Source of the DNA: Eledone cirrhosa
Taxonomy: Eukaryota
Direction: 5' to 3'
NCBI GenBank assembly: GCA_964016885.1
Contig: CAXHJY010000090.1
Span: 1 to 64,000, forward strand
Length of the DNA: 64,000 nt
A program made the translations under genes and the position numbers. Within the stretch, counting starts at the first letter, position 1. Each line of letters begins with the position of its first letter. The notes beneath the pieces were generated by a model. That model searched no databases and was not told the origin of the DNA. It worked only from the letters and a program-made list of their open reading frames with translations. This document shows positions 25,051 through 39,300 of the stretch, piece by piece.

Positions 25051-26162
25051 TTGTATTGCTTTTGCATAAAATATCTTAGATTTTATAGAGTCTGGGTTGT
25101 TGAAAGTCACTTTGTTATGTTGCAACAGAAAATAGAAAGGAAAAAAAACAATAAGATATATAAAAACGAATATAAAAAAGAAAATAAGAAACAAATTACC
25201 AAAAAACATTACAAAAAGAAACAAAAAAAAAAACGAAACAAAAATAAAAATAGATAAAAAATATTTGAAAAACGACCATAAAACAATAAATACATAAACA
25301 GATGTAAAAAGTTAGAAAAAATTATAATTTTAAACTTTAATTGTAAAAAAAAAAAAAGACAATGGAAAGAATAAAATTAAAAAGAGGAAGAATTTTTAAA
25401 AAAAGAATTTAAATAAATAAAAAATTTAAATAAAAAAAAATTTAAATAAAAAGTAAGTTAAATAAAAAGTAAGTTAAATAAAAAAGAATTTAAATAAATA
25501 ATAAGTTAAGAAATAAATGCGGAAAATATTTAACAAGGAAGTATAGGTAAGATTAAAGTAAAACATGAACTATAATATATGTATGGGTGTATATATATGT
25601 ATGGGTGTATATATAGGTGTGTGTGTTGGTGGGGGAGTGTATGTGTGTGTGTGGATGTTGAATACGTAGATATGTGTGTGTATGTGTGTCTATATTTGTG
25701 TATATGTGTGTATATATATGTATGTGTATGTATATATATATATATGTGTATGTATATATATATGTATGTATGTATATATGTATGTGTGTGTAGGTAATTC
25801 TGTATGTGTGTCTATATTTGTGTATATGTGTGTATATATATGTATGTGTATGTATATATATATATGTGTATGTATATATATATATATATATGTATGTATG
25901 TGTGTGTGTACATATATGTGTGTACATATATATGTGTACGTATATGTATGTGTGTACATATTTATGTATGTGTATGTATATATATATGTGTGTACATATA
26001 TATGTATGTGTATGTATATATATGTGTGTGTATATATATTTATATATATATATGTGTGTATGTATATGATTATATATATATATATATGTGTGTGTGTGTA
26101 TGTATAAATATGTGTAGTTATGAATGTATATTATGTGTGTATATATATATATATATATATGA

Positions 26163-26742
26163 GGTCTGAGAATTGAACTCACAACCTGCAATTGAAAGGT
26201 TGTGAGTTCAATTCTCAGACCGGGTGATGTGTTGTTTGCTTGAGCAAGACACTTTATTTCACATTGCTCCAGTTTACTCAGCTGTAGAAATGAGATGATA
26301 GGGACTGGGGTCCCTATCATTCCACTGTAAAGTGGACATGGAGGTGCCACGGCAAAACAGCACCCAGCCCACACTGTAAAGTGGACGTGGAGGCGCCACG
26401 GCAAAAAAGCACCCAGCCCACACCGTAAAGTGGACATGGAGGTGCCACGGCAAAATAGCACCCAGCCCACACTGTAAAGTGGACGTGGAGGCGCCACGGT
26501 AAAAAAGCACCCAGCCCACACTGTAAAGTGGTCGTGGAGGTGCCACGGCAAAAAAGCACCCAGCACTCACTGTAAAGTGGTCATGGAGGTGCCACGGAGA
26601 AAAAAAGCACCCAGCACTCACTGTAAATGAGGTTGGGGTTAGGAAGGGCATCCAGCTGTAGAAATCAAGCCAGAATCAGTTCCCGTCTCACCCTTGCAAG
26701 CAGGGAAAAGCGGACGTAAAATGAAATGATGATGATAATGAT
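26163..26742 (+). mobile_element. SINE family A with 5' inversion and ~6x internal 48-bp expansion
   Basis: 25-bp inverted arms at 26163-26221; tandem GCACCCAGCCCACACTGTAAAGTGG units at 26325-26625. Confidence 0.88.
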
Positions 26743-27231
26743 ATATATATATACATATATCTGTCTTTATATATGTATATATCTGTGTATATATAAATGT
26801 GTGTGTGTGTATATATATATACATATGTAAAGACAGATATATGTATATATATACGCACATATATATATACATATATCTGTCTTTACATATATATATATTC
26901 ATATGTAAAGACAGATATATATATATATATGTGTGTGTATATATACACACACATCTGTATTGAGTTCTTTGTACCTCAAGACTTTTCTATTTTTTACTTG
27001 TACATAGTTGTGTATCTCCTTCAAATATATATATGTGTGTGTATGTACATGTGCAAATGTTTGTGTATATGTGTGTGTGTGTATATATGTGTGTGTGTGT
27101 GTGTATATATATTATACATACATACAAAATATAAATTAAAAACAACCTATTTTGCAAGTTAAAAATAAATAACCTTTAGTCTTTTTTTTTTAAAAGATAC
27201 CAATTGTTGATTGTATATATCTGTCTATAGT

Positions 27232-27273
<42 letters not shown>

Positions 27274-27423
27274 GTAACATTGTCATCATTTAACATTCAT
27301 GAATATTTGTATGTGTGTATACATACACATACACATACTTGTATGTGTGCATATAGATATGTGCGTGTATATATATATATATATATATATATGTGGGTGT
27401 GTATATGTATATATATGTATATA

Positions 27424-27454
<31 letters not shown>

Positions 27455-28189
27455 GTACATACATATGTTTACTTATATATATGTATATGTTTACTTATAT
27501 ATATGCACATATGCTTATGTGTGTATACGCATATGTGCATATATATATATATATACATACATATATATATACACACATATATGTACATATATATATATAC
27601 ATATACATATATATATATATATATACACACATATATATGTACACAGATATATATATATATACACATACACACATATGTGCATATATATAACTTAGCATGT
27701 ATATGTACATACTCACACACACACTCACACACACACTCACACACACACTCACACACACACACACTCATATACACACTCACACATAAACACACACACACAC
27801 ATATATATATATATGTCAGGTTTTTCCTGGTACAACACCTATTACTATCATATATATATACATATGCACATACACAGTCACACATACACACGCACATATA
27901 TACACATATATATAAAGCTAGTTATAAAACTGGAAGCTTCCATTCAATTAAAGAATGTGTGACTGGGTGAGACAAGAATAATGTTTTTATGATTTACATT
28001 AAAATAAATGTGATTTGTTTCAGGTGGCCTCATCTTTCAATTTATATCATCAGTTACAAACAAATGAATGCTATTTAGTTCAATTGATGGGAATTATTTT
28101 ATCAGAGGATGGATAGTGTGGAGGGTTGTGGTCAGATTAAGCTGTGGTTGTCTAAATATATAAATATATCTACAATGGTCATGTAAGTG

Positions 28190-31100
28190 CCGCGACAAAA
28201 TGCACCCAGGTCCACACTGTAAAGTGGTTGTGTAGGTGCCGCGACAAAATGCACCCAGTCCACACTGTAAAGTGGTTGTGTAGGTGCCACGACAAAATGC
28301 ACCCAGTCCACACTGTAAAGTGGTTGTGTAGGTGTCATGGCAAAATGCACCTAGTCCACACTGTAAAGTGGTTGTGTAGGTGTCATGACAAAATGCACCC
28401 AGTCCACACTGTAAAGTGGTTGTGTAGGTGTCATGTCAAAATGCACCTAGTCCACACTGTAAAGTGGTTGTGTAGGTGTCATGACAAAATGCACCTAGTC
28501 CACACTGTAAAGTGGTTGTGTAGGTGTCATGACAAAATGCACCCAGTCCACACTGTAAAGTGGTTGTGTAGGTGTCATGTCAAAATGCACCTAGTCCACA
28601 CTGTAAAGTGGTTGTGTAGGTGTCATGACAAAATGCACCCAGTCCACACTGTAAAGTGGTTGTGTAGGTGTCATGACAAAATGCACCCAGTCCACACTGT
28701 AAAGTGGTTGTGTAGGTGTCATGACAAAATGCACCCAGTCCACACTGTAAAGTGGTTGTGTAGGTGTCATGTCAAAATGCACCTAGTCCACACTGTAAAG
28801 TGGTTGTGTAGGTGTCATGACAAAATGCACCCAGTCCACACTGTAAAGTGGTTGTGTAGGTGTCATGTCAAAATGCACCTAGTCCACACTGTAAAGTGGT
28901 TGTGTAGGTGTCACGACAAAATGCACCCAGTCCACACTGTAAAGTAGTTGTGTAGGTGTCATGACAAAATGCACCCAGTCCACACTGTAAAGTGGTTGTG
29001 TAGGTGTCATGACAAAATGCACCCAGTCCACACTGTAAAGTGGTTGTGTAGGTGCCACAACAAAATGCACCCAGTCCACACTGTAAAGTGGTTGTGTAGG
29101 TGTCATGTCAAAATGCACCTAGTCCACACTGTAAAGTGGTTGTGTAGGTGTCATGTCAAAATGCACCTAGTCCACACTGTAAAGTGGTTGTGTAGGTGTC
29201 ATGTCAAAATGCACCTAGTCCACACTGTAAAGTGATTGTGTAGGTGTCATGGCAAAATGCACCCAGTCCACACTGTAAAGTGGTTGTGTAGGTGTCATGT
29301 CAAAATGCACATAGTCCACACTGTAAAGTGGTTGTGTAGGTGTCATGACAAAATGCACCCAGTCCACACTGTAAAGTGGTTGTGTAGGTGTCATGTCAAA
29401 ATGCACCCAGTCCACACTGTAAAGTGGTTGTGTAGGTGTCATGACAAAATGCACCCAGTCCACACTGTAAAGTGGTTGTGTAGGTGTCATGGCAAAATGC
29501 ACCTAGTCCACACTGTAAAGTGGTTGTGTAGGTGTCATGACAAAATGCACCCAGTCCACACTGTAAAGTGGTTGTGTAGGTGTCATGACAAAATGCACCC
29601 AGTCCACACTGTAAAGTGGTTGTGTAGGTGTCATGACAAAATGCACCCAGTCCACACTGTAAAGTGGTTGTGTAGGTGTCATGTCAAAATGCACCTAGTC
29701 CACACTGTAAAGTGGTTGTGTAGGTGTCATGACAAAATGCACCCAGTCCACACTGTAAAGTGGTTGTGTAGGTGTCATGTCAAAATGCACCCAGTCCACA
29801 CTGTAAAGTGGTTGTGTAGGTGTCATGACAAAATGCACCCAGTCCACACTGTAAAGTGGTTGTGTAGGTGTCATGGCAAAATGCACCTAGTCCACACTGT
29901 AAAGTGGTTGTGTAGGTGTCATGTCAAAATGCACCTAGTCCACACTGTAAAGTGGTTGTGTAGGTGTCATGTCAAAATGCACCCAGTCCACACTGTAAAG
30001 TGGTTGTGTAGGTGTCATGACAAAATGCACCCAGTCCACACTGTAAAGTGGTTGTGTAGGTGTCATGGCAAAATGCACCTAGTCCACACTGTAAAGTGGT
30101 TGTGTAGGTGTCATGACAAAATGCACCCAGTCCACACTGTAAAGTGGTTGTGTAGGTGTCATGTCAAAATGCACCTAGTCCACACTGTAAAGTGGTTGTG
30201 TAGGTGTCATGCAAAATGCACCCAGTCCACACTGTAAAGTGGTTGTGTAGGTGTCATGTCAAAATGCACCCAGTCCACACTGTAAAGTGGTTGTGTAGGT
30301 GTCATGGCAAAATGCACCTAGTCCACACTGTAAAGTGGTTGTGTAGGTGTCATGACAAAATGCACCCAGTCCACACTGTAAAGTGGTTGTGTAGGTGTCA
30401 TGACAAAATGCACCCAGTCCACACTGTAAAGTGGTTGTGTAGGTGTCATGACAAAATGCACCCAGTCCACACTGTAAAGTGGTTGTGTAGGTGTCATGTC
30501 AAAATGCACCTAGTCCACACTGTAAAGTGGTTGTGTAGGTGTCATGACAAAATGCACCCAGTCCACACTGTAAAGTGGTTGTGTAGGTGTCATGTCAAAA
30601 TGCACCCAGTCCACACTGTAAAGTGGTTGTGTAGGTGTCATGTCAAAATGCACCTAGTCCACACTGTAAAGTGGTTGTGTAGGTGTCATGACAAAATGCA
30701 CCCAGTCCACACTGTAAAGTGGTTGTGTAGGTGTCATGACAAAATGCACCCAGTCCACACTGTAAAGGGGTTGTGTAGGTGTCATGTCAAAATGCACCTA
30801 GTCCACACTGTAAAGTGGTTGTGTAGGTGTCATGACAAAATGCACCCAGTCCACACTGTAAAGTGGTTGTGTAGGTGTCATGACAAAATGCACCCAGTCC
30901 ACACTGAAAAGTGGTTGTGTAGGTGTCATGACAAAATGCACCCAGTCCACACTGTAAAGTGGTTGTGTAGGTGTCATGGCAAAATGCACCTAGTCCACAC
31001 TGTAAAGTGGTTGTGTAGGTGTCATGACAAAATGCACCCAGTCCACACTGTAAAGTGGTTGTGTAGGTGTCATGTCAAAATGCACCCAGTCCACACTGTA

Positions 31101-31625
31101 AAGTGGTTGTGTAGGTGTCATGTCAAAATGAACCTAGTCCACACTGTAAAGTGGTTGTGTAGGTGTCATGTCAAAATGAACCTAGTCCACACTGTAAAGT
31201 GGTTGTGTAGGTGTCATGTCAAAATGAACCTAGTCCACACTGTAAAGTGGTCATGTTGGAGACATGGCAAAAAGTGACCAGTCCATTCTCTAAAGTGGTC
31301 GTGTAGGTGCCACGACAAAAAGTAGCCAGTCCAAACTGTAAAGTGATTGTGTAGGTATTGCAATACAAAGAACCTAGTCAACACAGTAAAGTGGTTGTTT
31401 GGTAACATAATAAAAGGAACCCAGTCCACACTGTAATATGGTCGTGTTTATGACATGACAAGGAGTGGTCAGTCAACTCTGTAAAGTGGTCATTTTGGTG
31501 CCATGACAAAAATGGCCAGTTCACTCTGTAATGTGGTCGTGTTAAACAACAGAAGACACCCAGTCCACACTGTAAACTGTTAGTGTTGATGACACAACAA
31601 AAAGTTCCCAGTCCACACTATAAAT
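28190..31625 (+). repeat. 48-bp minisatellite (~64 homogeneous units plus ~8 diverged units)
   Basis: Unit GCACC(C/T)AGTCCACACTGTAAAGTGGTTGTGTAGGTGTCATG(A/T/G)CAAAAT; followed by an RTE/SINE-type tail to ~31745. Confidence 0.97.
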
Positions 31626-31744
31626 GTGGTTGGGCTTTGGAAAGACATCCAGCCATAGAAACTGAGCCAGAAACAGTTCTGCATGAGCAAGATATGGTTA
31701 CCTGACTCGACTTGTCTAATCCATGCTAGTGTGGAAAAATGGAT

Positions 31745-33850
31745 TTACCTCACATAATATCTCACATAACATTTACATTACTCTATATATACTATTGTAT
31801 TTTCACAGTAAAGGCTTTACCTCACATAATATCTCACATAACATTCACATTACTCTATATATACTATTGTATTTTCACAGTAAAGGCTTTACCTCACATA
31901 ATATCTCACATAACATTTACATTACTCTATATATACTATTGTATTTTCACAGTAAAGGCTTTACCTCACATAATATCTCACATAACATTTACATTACTCT
32001 ATATATACTATTGTATTTTCACAGTAAAGGCTTTACCTCACATAATACCTCACATAACATTTACATTACTCTATATATACTATTATATTTTCACAGTAAA
32101 GGCTTTACCTCACATAAATATCTCACATAACATTTACATTACTCTATATATACTATTGTATTTTCACAGTAAAGGCTTTACCTCACATATCTCACATAAC
32201 ATTTACATTACTCTATATATACTATTATATTTTCACAGTAAAGGCTTTACCTCACATAATATCTCACATAACATTTACATTACTCTATATTTACTATTGT
32301 ATTTTCATGGTAAAGGCTTTACCTCACATAATATCTCACATAACATTTACATTACTCTATATATACTATTGTATTTTCACAGTAAAGGCTTTACCTCACA
32401 TAATATCTCACATAACATTTACATTACTCTATATATACTATTGTATTTTCATGGTAAAGGCTTTACCTCACATAATATCTCACATAACATTTACATTACT
32501 CTATATTTACTATTGTATTTTCACAGTAAAGGCTTTACCTCACATAATATCTCACATAACATTTACATTACTCTATATTTACTATTGTATTTTCACAGTA
32601 AAGGCTTTACCTCACATAATATCTCACATAACATTTACATTACTCTATATTTACTATTGTATTTTCACAGTAAAGGCTTTACCTCACATAATATCTCACA
32701 TAACATTTACATTACTCTATATATACTATTGTATTTTCATGGTAAAGGCTTTACCTCACATAATATCTCACATAACATTTACATTACTCTATATTTACTA
32801 TTATATTTTCATGATAAAGGCTTTACCTCACATAATATCTCACATAACATTTACATTACTCTATATATACTATTGTATTTTCATAGTAAAGGCTTTACCT
32901 CACATAATATCTCACATAACATTTACATTACTCTATATTTACTATTGTATTTTCACAGTAAAGGCTTTACCTCACATAATATCTCACATAACATTTACAT
33001 TACTCTATATTTACTATTGTATTTTCACAGTAAAGGCTTTACCTCACATAATATCTCACATAACATTTACATTACTCTATATATACTATTGTATTTTCAT
33101 GGTAAAGGCTTTACCTCACATAATATCTCACATAACATTTACATTACTCTATATTTACTATTGTATTTTCACAGTAAAGGCTTTACCTCACATAATATCT
33201 CACATAACATTTACATTACTCTATATTTACTATTGTATTTTCACAGTAAAGGCTTTACCTCACATAATATCTCACATAACATTTACATTACTCTATATAT
33301 ACTATTGTATTTTCATGATAAAGGCTTTACCTCACATAATATCTCACATAACATTTACATTACTCTATATATACTATTGTATTTTCATGGTAAAGGCTTT
33401 ACCTCACATAATATCTCACATAACATTTACATTACTCTATATTTACTATTGTATTTTCACAGTAAAGGCTTTACCTCACATAATATCTCACATAACATTT
33501 ACATTACTCTATATTTACTATTGTATTTTCACAGTAAAGGCTTTACCTCACATAATATCTCACATAACATTTACATTACTCTATATATGCTATTGTATTT
33601 TCATGATAAAGGCTTTACCTCACATAATATCTCGCATAACATTTACATTACTCTATATATACTATTATATTTTCATGGTAAAGGCTTTACCTCACATAAT
33701 ATCTCACATACCATTTACATTACTCTATATATACTATTGTATTTTCATAGTAAAGGCTTTACCTCACATAATTATCTCACATAACATTTACATTACTCTA
33801 TATATACTATTATATTTCCACAGTAAAGGCTTCACTTCACATAATATCGA
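31745..33850 (+). repeat. 72-bp minisatellite (~29 units)
   Basis: Unit TTACCTCACATAATATCTCACATAACATTTACATTACTCTATATATACTATTGTATTTTCACAGTAAAGGCT; runs into MITE sequence ending near 33984. Confidence 0.97.
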
Positions 33851-33988
33851 ATCTATGATATTTTGATATTATTTATTTTGAGAACAATACCTTAACATCA
33901 GTATGAGTGACCAGTTACAGCCGATTTGAACAGAAAGAAGTGAGAGAATTCTGGCCGCATACAGCCGGTTGAAATGCTAATGGGTTGA

Positions 33989-34184
33989 CCCTTTAGCATT
34001 TACATTACTCTATATTTCTTATTATATTTTCACAGTAAAGGATTTATCTCACATAATATCGAATCTATGAGATCTTGTTGAGAACAATACCTTAACATCA
34101 GTATGAGTGGCCGGTTACAGCTGGTTTGAATAGAAAGGGGTGAGAGAATTCTGGCAGGATACAGCTGGTGTAAATGCTAAAGGG
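33989..34184. mobile_element. piggyBac-like MITE
   Basis: TIRs CCCTTTAGCATTTA / TAAATGCTAAAGGG flanked by TTGA / TTAA. Confidence 0.75.
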
Positions 34185-34404
34185 TTAAAAAGAATGCCCT
34201 AGAAATGCTGTATGTCAATACAGCACCCCTACGATTCCCTCAGGGGTTACAAGACCATAAATAAATAAAAATGCTTTTGCTAACTGATTTAGTTGCCCTC
34301 CATGCACCGATGAGCTACTGACACAAACATACGAAGTGAGGGTTGTAATAGTCTTTGTTTTTTTTCACTAGTACTGTAGCTCTTAACACCAATATATCCA
34401 AAAT

Positions 34405-35161
34405 TAACCCTTTTGATACTAAACCACCTGAAACTGTCTCGGAATTTATGATACAAAGCTGTTCATTTTAAGATGTTTATCTCTCCTTATAATTAAAACT
34501 TTCTTCACAATTTTATTTTCGAAAATTTTCCTTAAGTAATGTTTTAAATATCAGCTTATTAATGAAAAATTTAATTATCTTATCAAATTCCTCCAAATTT
34601 TTGATTATTTTCAGAATTAATTAACCTTCAAGCCCAGCAAGGTAAGAATTATCCACATATAATAATCAATTATTAACCCTTTTGACACCAAACAACCCAA
34701 AACTGTCCCTGATTGTATGATACAAACCTGATCATTTAAAAATGTTTATCCTTATATGAAAACCTTCCACCATAATTTCATTTCAGAAAAATCTAATCCA
34801 TTTATGATACAAAACTGTTCATTTTAAAATGTCTATCATTATATTAAAACTTTATTTTAACTCTTTTAATATCAACCGTCCTGAAACTGTCACTAGATTG
34901 GTGACACAATGATGCTTGTAATAAAATGTCTATCCTTATATTAAAATCTTCCTTCATAATTTTATTTCAGAAATATTTGCTAAGTAGTGTTCTAAATGTC
35001 AGTTTTACTAAAGAAAATCATAAATTAAATCTATTTATGATACAAAACTGGTCATTTAAAAATGTTTATCCTTAAATTAAAACTTTATTTCAACAGTTTT
35101 AATATCAAACCAACCAAGGTCAACTTTGCTTTTTATCCTTCCCTCTATATATCTTTCTCAC

Positions 35162-35199
<38 letters not shown>

Positions 35200-35380
35200 T
35201 CTCTCTCCCTCCCTCTCTCTTCGTAAGACTCCAGCAGGAGTTAAGGGTAAAATAATAAATTGGACATTTTAAAATGTCTCTCTTTATATTAAAACCTTCC
35301 ATCATAATTTTATTTTAGAATTTTTTTACTTAAGTAAGGTTCTAAATATGAGCTTAACTAATGAAAAACTTAAATTAAAT
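34405..35380. repeat. degenerate tandem copies of an AT-rich repeat beginning TTAACCCTTTTGA
   Basis: Recurrent ATGATACAAA...CATTTTAAAATGTTTATCCTTATATTAAAA blocks. Confidence 0.6.
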
Positions 35381-35918
35381 CTTTCTTCTTCTTCTTCTTC
35401 TTCTTTTTCTTCTTCTTTTTCTTCTTTTTCTTCTTTTTCTTCTTTTTCTTCTTCTTCTTCTTCTTCTTCTTCTTCTTTTTCCTTCTTTTTTTTCTTTTTT
35501 TTCTTTTTTTTCTTTTTCGTCTTCTTTTTCTTCTTCTTTGCCTTCGCCTTCGCCTTCTTCTTCTTCTTCTTCTTCTTCTTCTTCTTCTTGACAGGGTCAT
35601 GCAGACTCCTCAAACCACCCCTTCCAGCAGGTCCTGTCAGAAGCAATCATTCTCCAACTGTTTCGGTTGGATTCCTAAGCAAGACCATCCAAGCTCATGG
35701 ATGTTATCCAACCATCTTGCTGGGCCTCCTCAGCTGTTGGTTTTGCCCATAAAATCTGTCCAGTGATTCTTTCCTGAGACATTCTAACCATATCCCCATA
35801 GCAACAGAGCTGTGGACATGTTGTTAGACTTAAATTAAATTCATTTATTATAAAACAAATTGTTCCTTTTAAAATGTTTATCCTTATATTGAATCCTTCT
35901 ATCATAAATATATTTTAA

Positions 35919-36105
35919 CCCTTTAGCATTTAAACTGGCCATATCTGGCAAGAATTCTCTCACCTCTTTCTGTTCAAACCGGTTGTAACCAGCTGCTCAC
36001 ACTTATAGTAAGGTACTCTCAAAATAAATAATATCAAAATCTCATAGATTCAATGCTATGTGAGGTAAAGCCTTTACTGTGAAAATACAATAGTATATAT
36101 AGAGT
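35919..36105. mobile_element. piggyBac-like MITE, left part (interrupted by the LINE)
   Basis: TTAA-CCCTTTAGCATTTA start; ends within a 72-bp unit that resumes at 41757. Confidence 0.75.
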
Positions 36106-36342
36106 GGTTTCTTTATTTGCCACTAGGGCACAAAAGGTAGGGACAGATACAAGGGGGGAAGTTTACATATAATTAACGAGTACAAAAATATAACAATGAA
36201 ATAACAACAACAAACGAAGTCCTCAATAGGGAGGGGGCATTAACATGGGTCGCACACACCCCGGAAAAAATGTGTAACCCTTCTCCTCAGGAGCACAAAG
36301 AGTAGGTGCTTCCCTCGTCTCCGCTTTTTCCTCTTCTTTCAC

Positions 36343-39300
36343 CTACAGGCTGATATAGAGAGAAGACCCATTCACTCTGGCCATTCTCCCTACTTTCACC
36401 CACCTTTCATAAAACTTGCTGGGGTAGAGCACCTCTCTCTCCATTCTGATCCTTCTTTTAAAATGGTATTTGAAAAAGGGGACCAGTTGTTGGCCGGAGA
36501 GAAAGGTGTCTGACCTCAGCCCTTTCAGCCTCGTCCACCATACAACTTCTTTAGCCATGGCTACCACACAGAGAAAAACCGCCTCTCCTTCGTTTTTGAA
36601 AGGGGGAGGCGGTTTGATCGTGACAATGGACTCGGTGGTCAACCGGATTGGTCCCACCCTCGACAGTAGTCGTTCCACATAGCCCCACAGGTCAGCAATG
36701 CCTGGGCAGTGTACGAATGCGTGCGCAACGGTTTCGTCATCATGCACGCATCTCGGACAGATCTTATTCAAAGGATCTCTACCCAGGCTCCCATGCCTGT
36801 GGAGCTTGTCTCGAACGGGTAGAGCCCCTCGGTAGCACTGCCAAGCCAGGGACTTTTGGAAGTTGTCCATCGGTCCAGGGCCAAACGTCCTACCGAACAG
36901 ACTGGCCAGTTCATCTTCCTCCATGCCTAGAGCTTCTCCGAGAGCATCGTCGCACCTGCTGCGTACCAACCCTCTATAGAATGTCGAGGTGGAGTCTCCA
37001 CTGATTGCCGGGTCCGCTTTCCAGAGGGCCGTGAGCGCCTGGGCACATTCAATGTGCCAGTCGCCCACTTTTCTCGGTCTTTGCTTGACCCAGGATTGCA
37101 GCTCGGTGAGCGAGACGAGTCTGGGAAAGGCTCGCCTCACAAACGGGGCCCACACCGGTTGACCGGTGAGGAATACCTGGAGGTGCCGTAGCCTTAATGC
37201 GTGTTTACGCATCTGTAGCCACGGCATCCCCAGCCCTCCTTTCGAAGGGTGTTGACAGCAGATGGATCTCCTCACCAAAGGGGTCCGCTTGTTCCAAAGA
37301 AATTGGAACAGCGCGCACTCCATTTTGGCGAGTCTTTTCACTGGGCAAGGCACGACGGTCAAGCGGTAGTAGATGACGGATGCTATATAAGTATTCGCCA
37401 CCTCCGCTCGACCTTTCAGGGATAGTTTGCACTGGGCCCACTTCTGGGTGAGTGCAAACACCCTGGCCGTTACCTCGTTCCAGTTTTTCTCCACCTGGAG
37501 GTCTGGTCCGAACCAGACCCCAAGCAGCTTCACCGGGCCCTCCGTCCAGCGTCCGACGACGTCGTTGGAGGGCATCGGTTTGCCTCTCCATGTTCCGAGT
37601 TGCAAACCGACGGACTTGTCCCGGTTCAGCTTGGCTCCTGTAAACCTTTCATATTCCTCCAGTAAGGTGCCGATCTCACCGATTTGCGAGGTTTTCGACA
37701 CCATTACTGTCACGTCATCGGCGTAGGCCGACGCCGCTTTCTGCAATCCCGGTTCCAAAGGGATGCCCTGCAACCGCTCCAACTTCCGCAGTAGTGGCTC
37801 AAGAGCCAGCACATACAGTAGGGAGGAGAGAGGGCATCCCTGTCGGATGGATCGCATGATTTGGAACGGCTCCGAGAGGTGGCCGTTCACCTTGACCCTT
37901 GAGCAGACGTTGCTGCTGTGCATCGCAGCAATCCAACCCCTGAAAACGGGTCCGAAGCCTGCCGCCGCGAGCACCGCATCCAGGTAACGATGGTCAACCC
38001 TATCGAAAGCTTTAGATTGATCCAAGTTGATCAGGGCCCCACCAAAGCCGGGTTCATTCCCTACCCTCTCTATGATGTATCGCATAAGGTGGAGATTGTC
38101 GTGAATGGACCTGGACGGGATTGCGCATGTCTGCGCTTCTCCCACCAGGTTTCCAACGACAAGCGCCAACCTCTTCGCTAACACCTTGGCCAAAATCTTT
38201 AACTCTGTATTTAGCAGAGTTATGGGCCTGAAGTTACTTATGTCATCCCCCTTGTTCTCATCCTTCCTCACCAGCGTAACTACGCCCTTGGTCACAGAAC
38301 TGGGAATTCTCCCGTTCTGCTGCCAGTTGCAGTAGACCGCTTCGAGGATATCGGAGAACAAGTCCGGCATCGCTACATATAGCTCGTATGGTAGACCATC
38401 GAGACCCGGGGATTTGCGTTTGCCGCATTGGCTCAGCGCCGCCCCTATCTCAGCAGCTGAAATCGTCCTTTCGCAGGACTTCGCCTCCGCGTCCGAGAGG
38501 CGCGGCAGACCGTCGAGGTATGGATTGAAATCCATAGTCTCACCCGGCGCGCCGCCCCTCTCGAACAGTCGTGCAAAGTGCCGCTGAAAGGCCGCACACA
38601 TCTGCCCAGGTTCAAGGATCACACGCCCATCCTGGTCCTTCAAAGACCGAATCGTGGACTTGTTCCCACTTTTTGCCTCTGTCACTCGGGCCCAGCTTAC
38701 AGCTTTGGCTCCCTCATTACCCAGAGCACGTATTTTACTCCTGACAACGCAGCCTTCATGCTTCACCTCAAAGAACTGGTCTAAGGCCATTCTTGATGCC
38801 AGCACGCCGGCTACATTGCCACTCCTAATCGCCTCTTCTACTCTATCTACTAATTCCCTTTCCGTCTTGTTCCTATCCCTTGCTAATTCCTGACTAAAAC
38901 CTATCGATTCTATTCTAATTGCTCTCTTAAGAGAGCTCCACCACCTGTTGTTGACAATTGCCCCTGTCAAATTCTGCTTAACTAACGTGCTAATCCGTTT
39001 ACTGTAAGCTTTGCTTCTCGGTAAGGACAAGTTCAGCTTCCAGTAACCGGGTCCCTGTCTATGGGTTCTATCAAGGTTGGCTATGCAGGTCACTAACTTG
39101 TGATCCGAATAGTCAACCATGAACATTTTTGGACAGCTAAATGTGTCCCTATCGTTCTCTCTAACTAGGACCCTATCTAGGTACGACCTAGATGTTCCAC
39201 TGCGATTGGTCCACGTCCATAGTGGTACAGTCGGAAAATCTAGTCGATATCTATCGGCCAGGTCAAATCGGCCGATTAACCTTTTGAGGCTTTTACACCC

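Noticed and set aside
28228-31277. Cys/His-rich repeat protein (VHTVKWLCRCHDKMHP)n
   Set aside because: The 48-bp unit is a multiple of 3, the frames contain stops and a frameshift, and the unit traces to a TE 3' UTR.
28190-33850. CRISPR-like array
   Set aside because: No unique spacers and no cas genes; pure tandem repeats in eukaryotic context.
31739-33866. 681-aa and 519-aa ORFs
   Set aside because: Translations of the 72-bp satellite.
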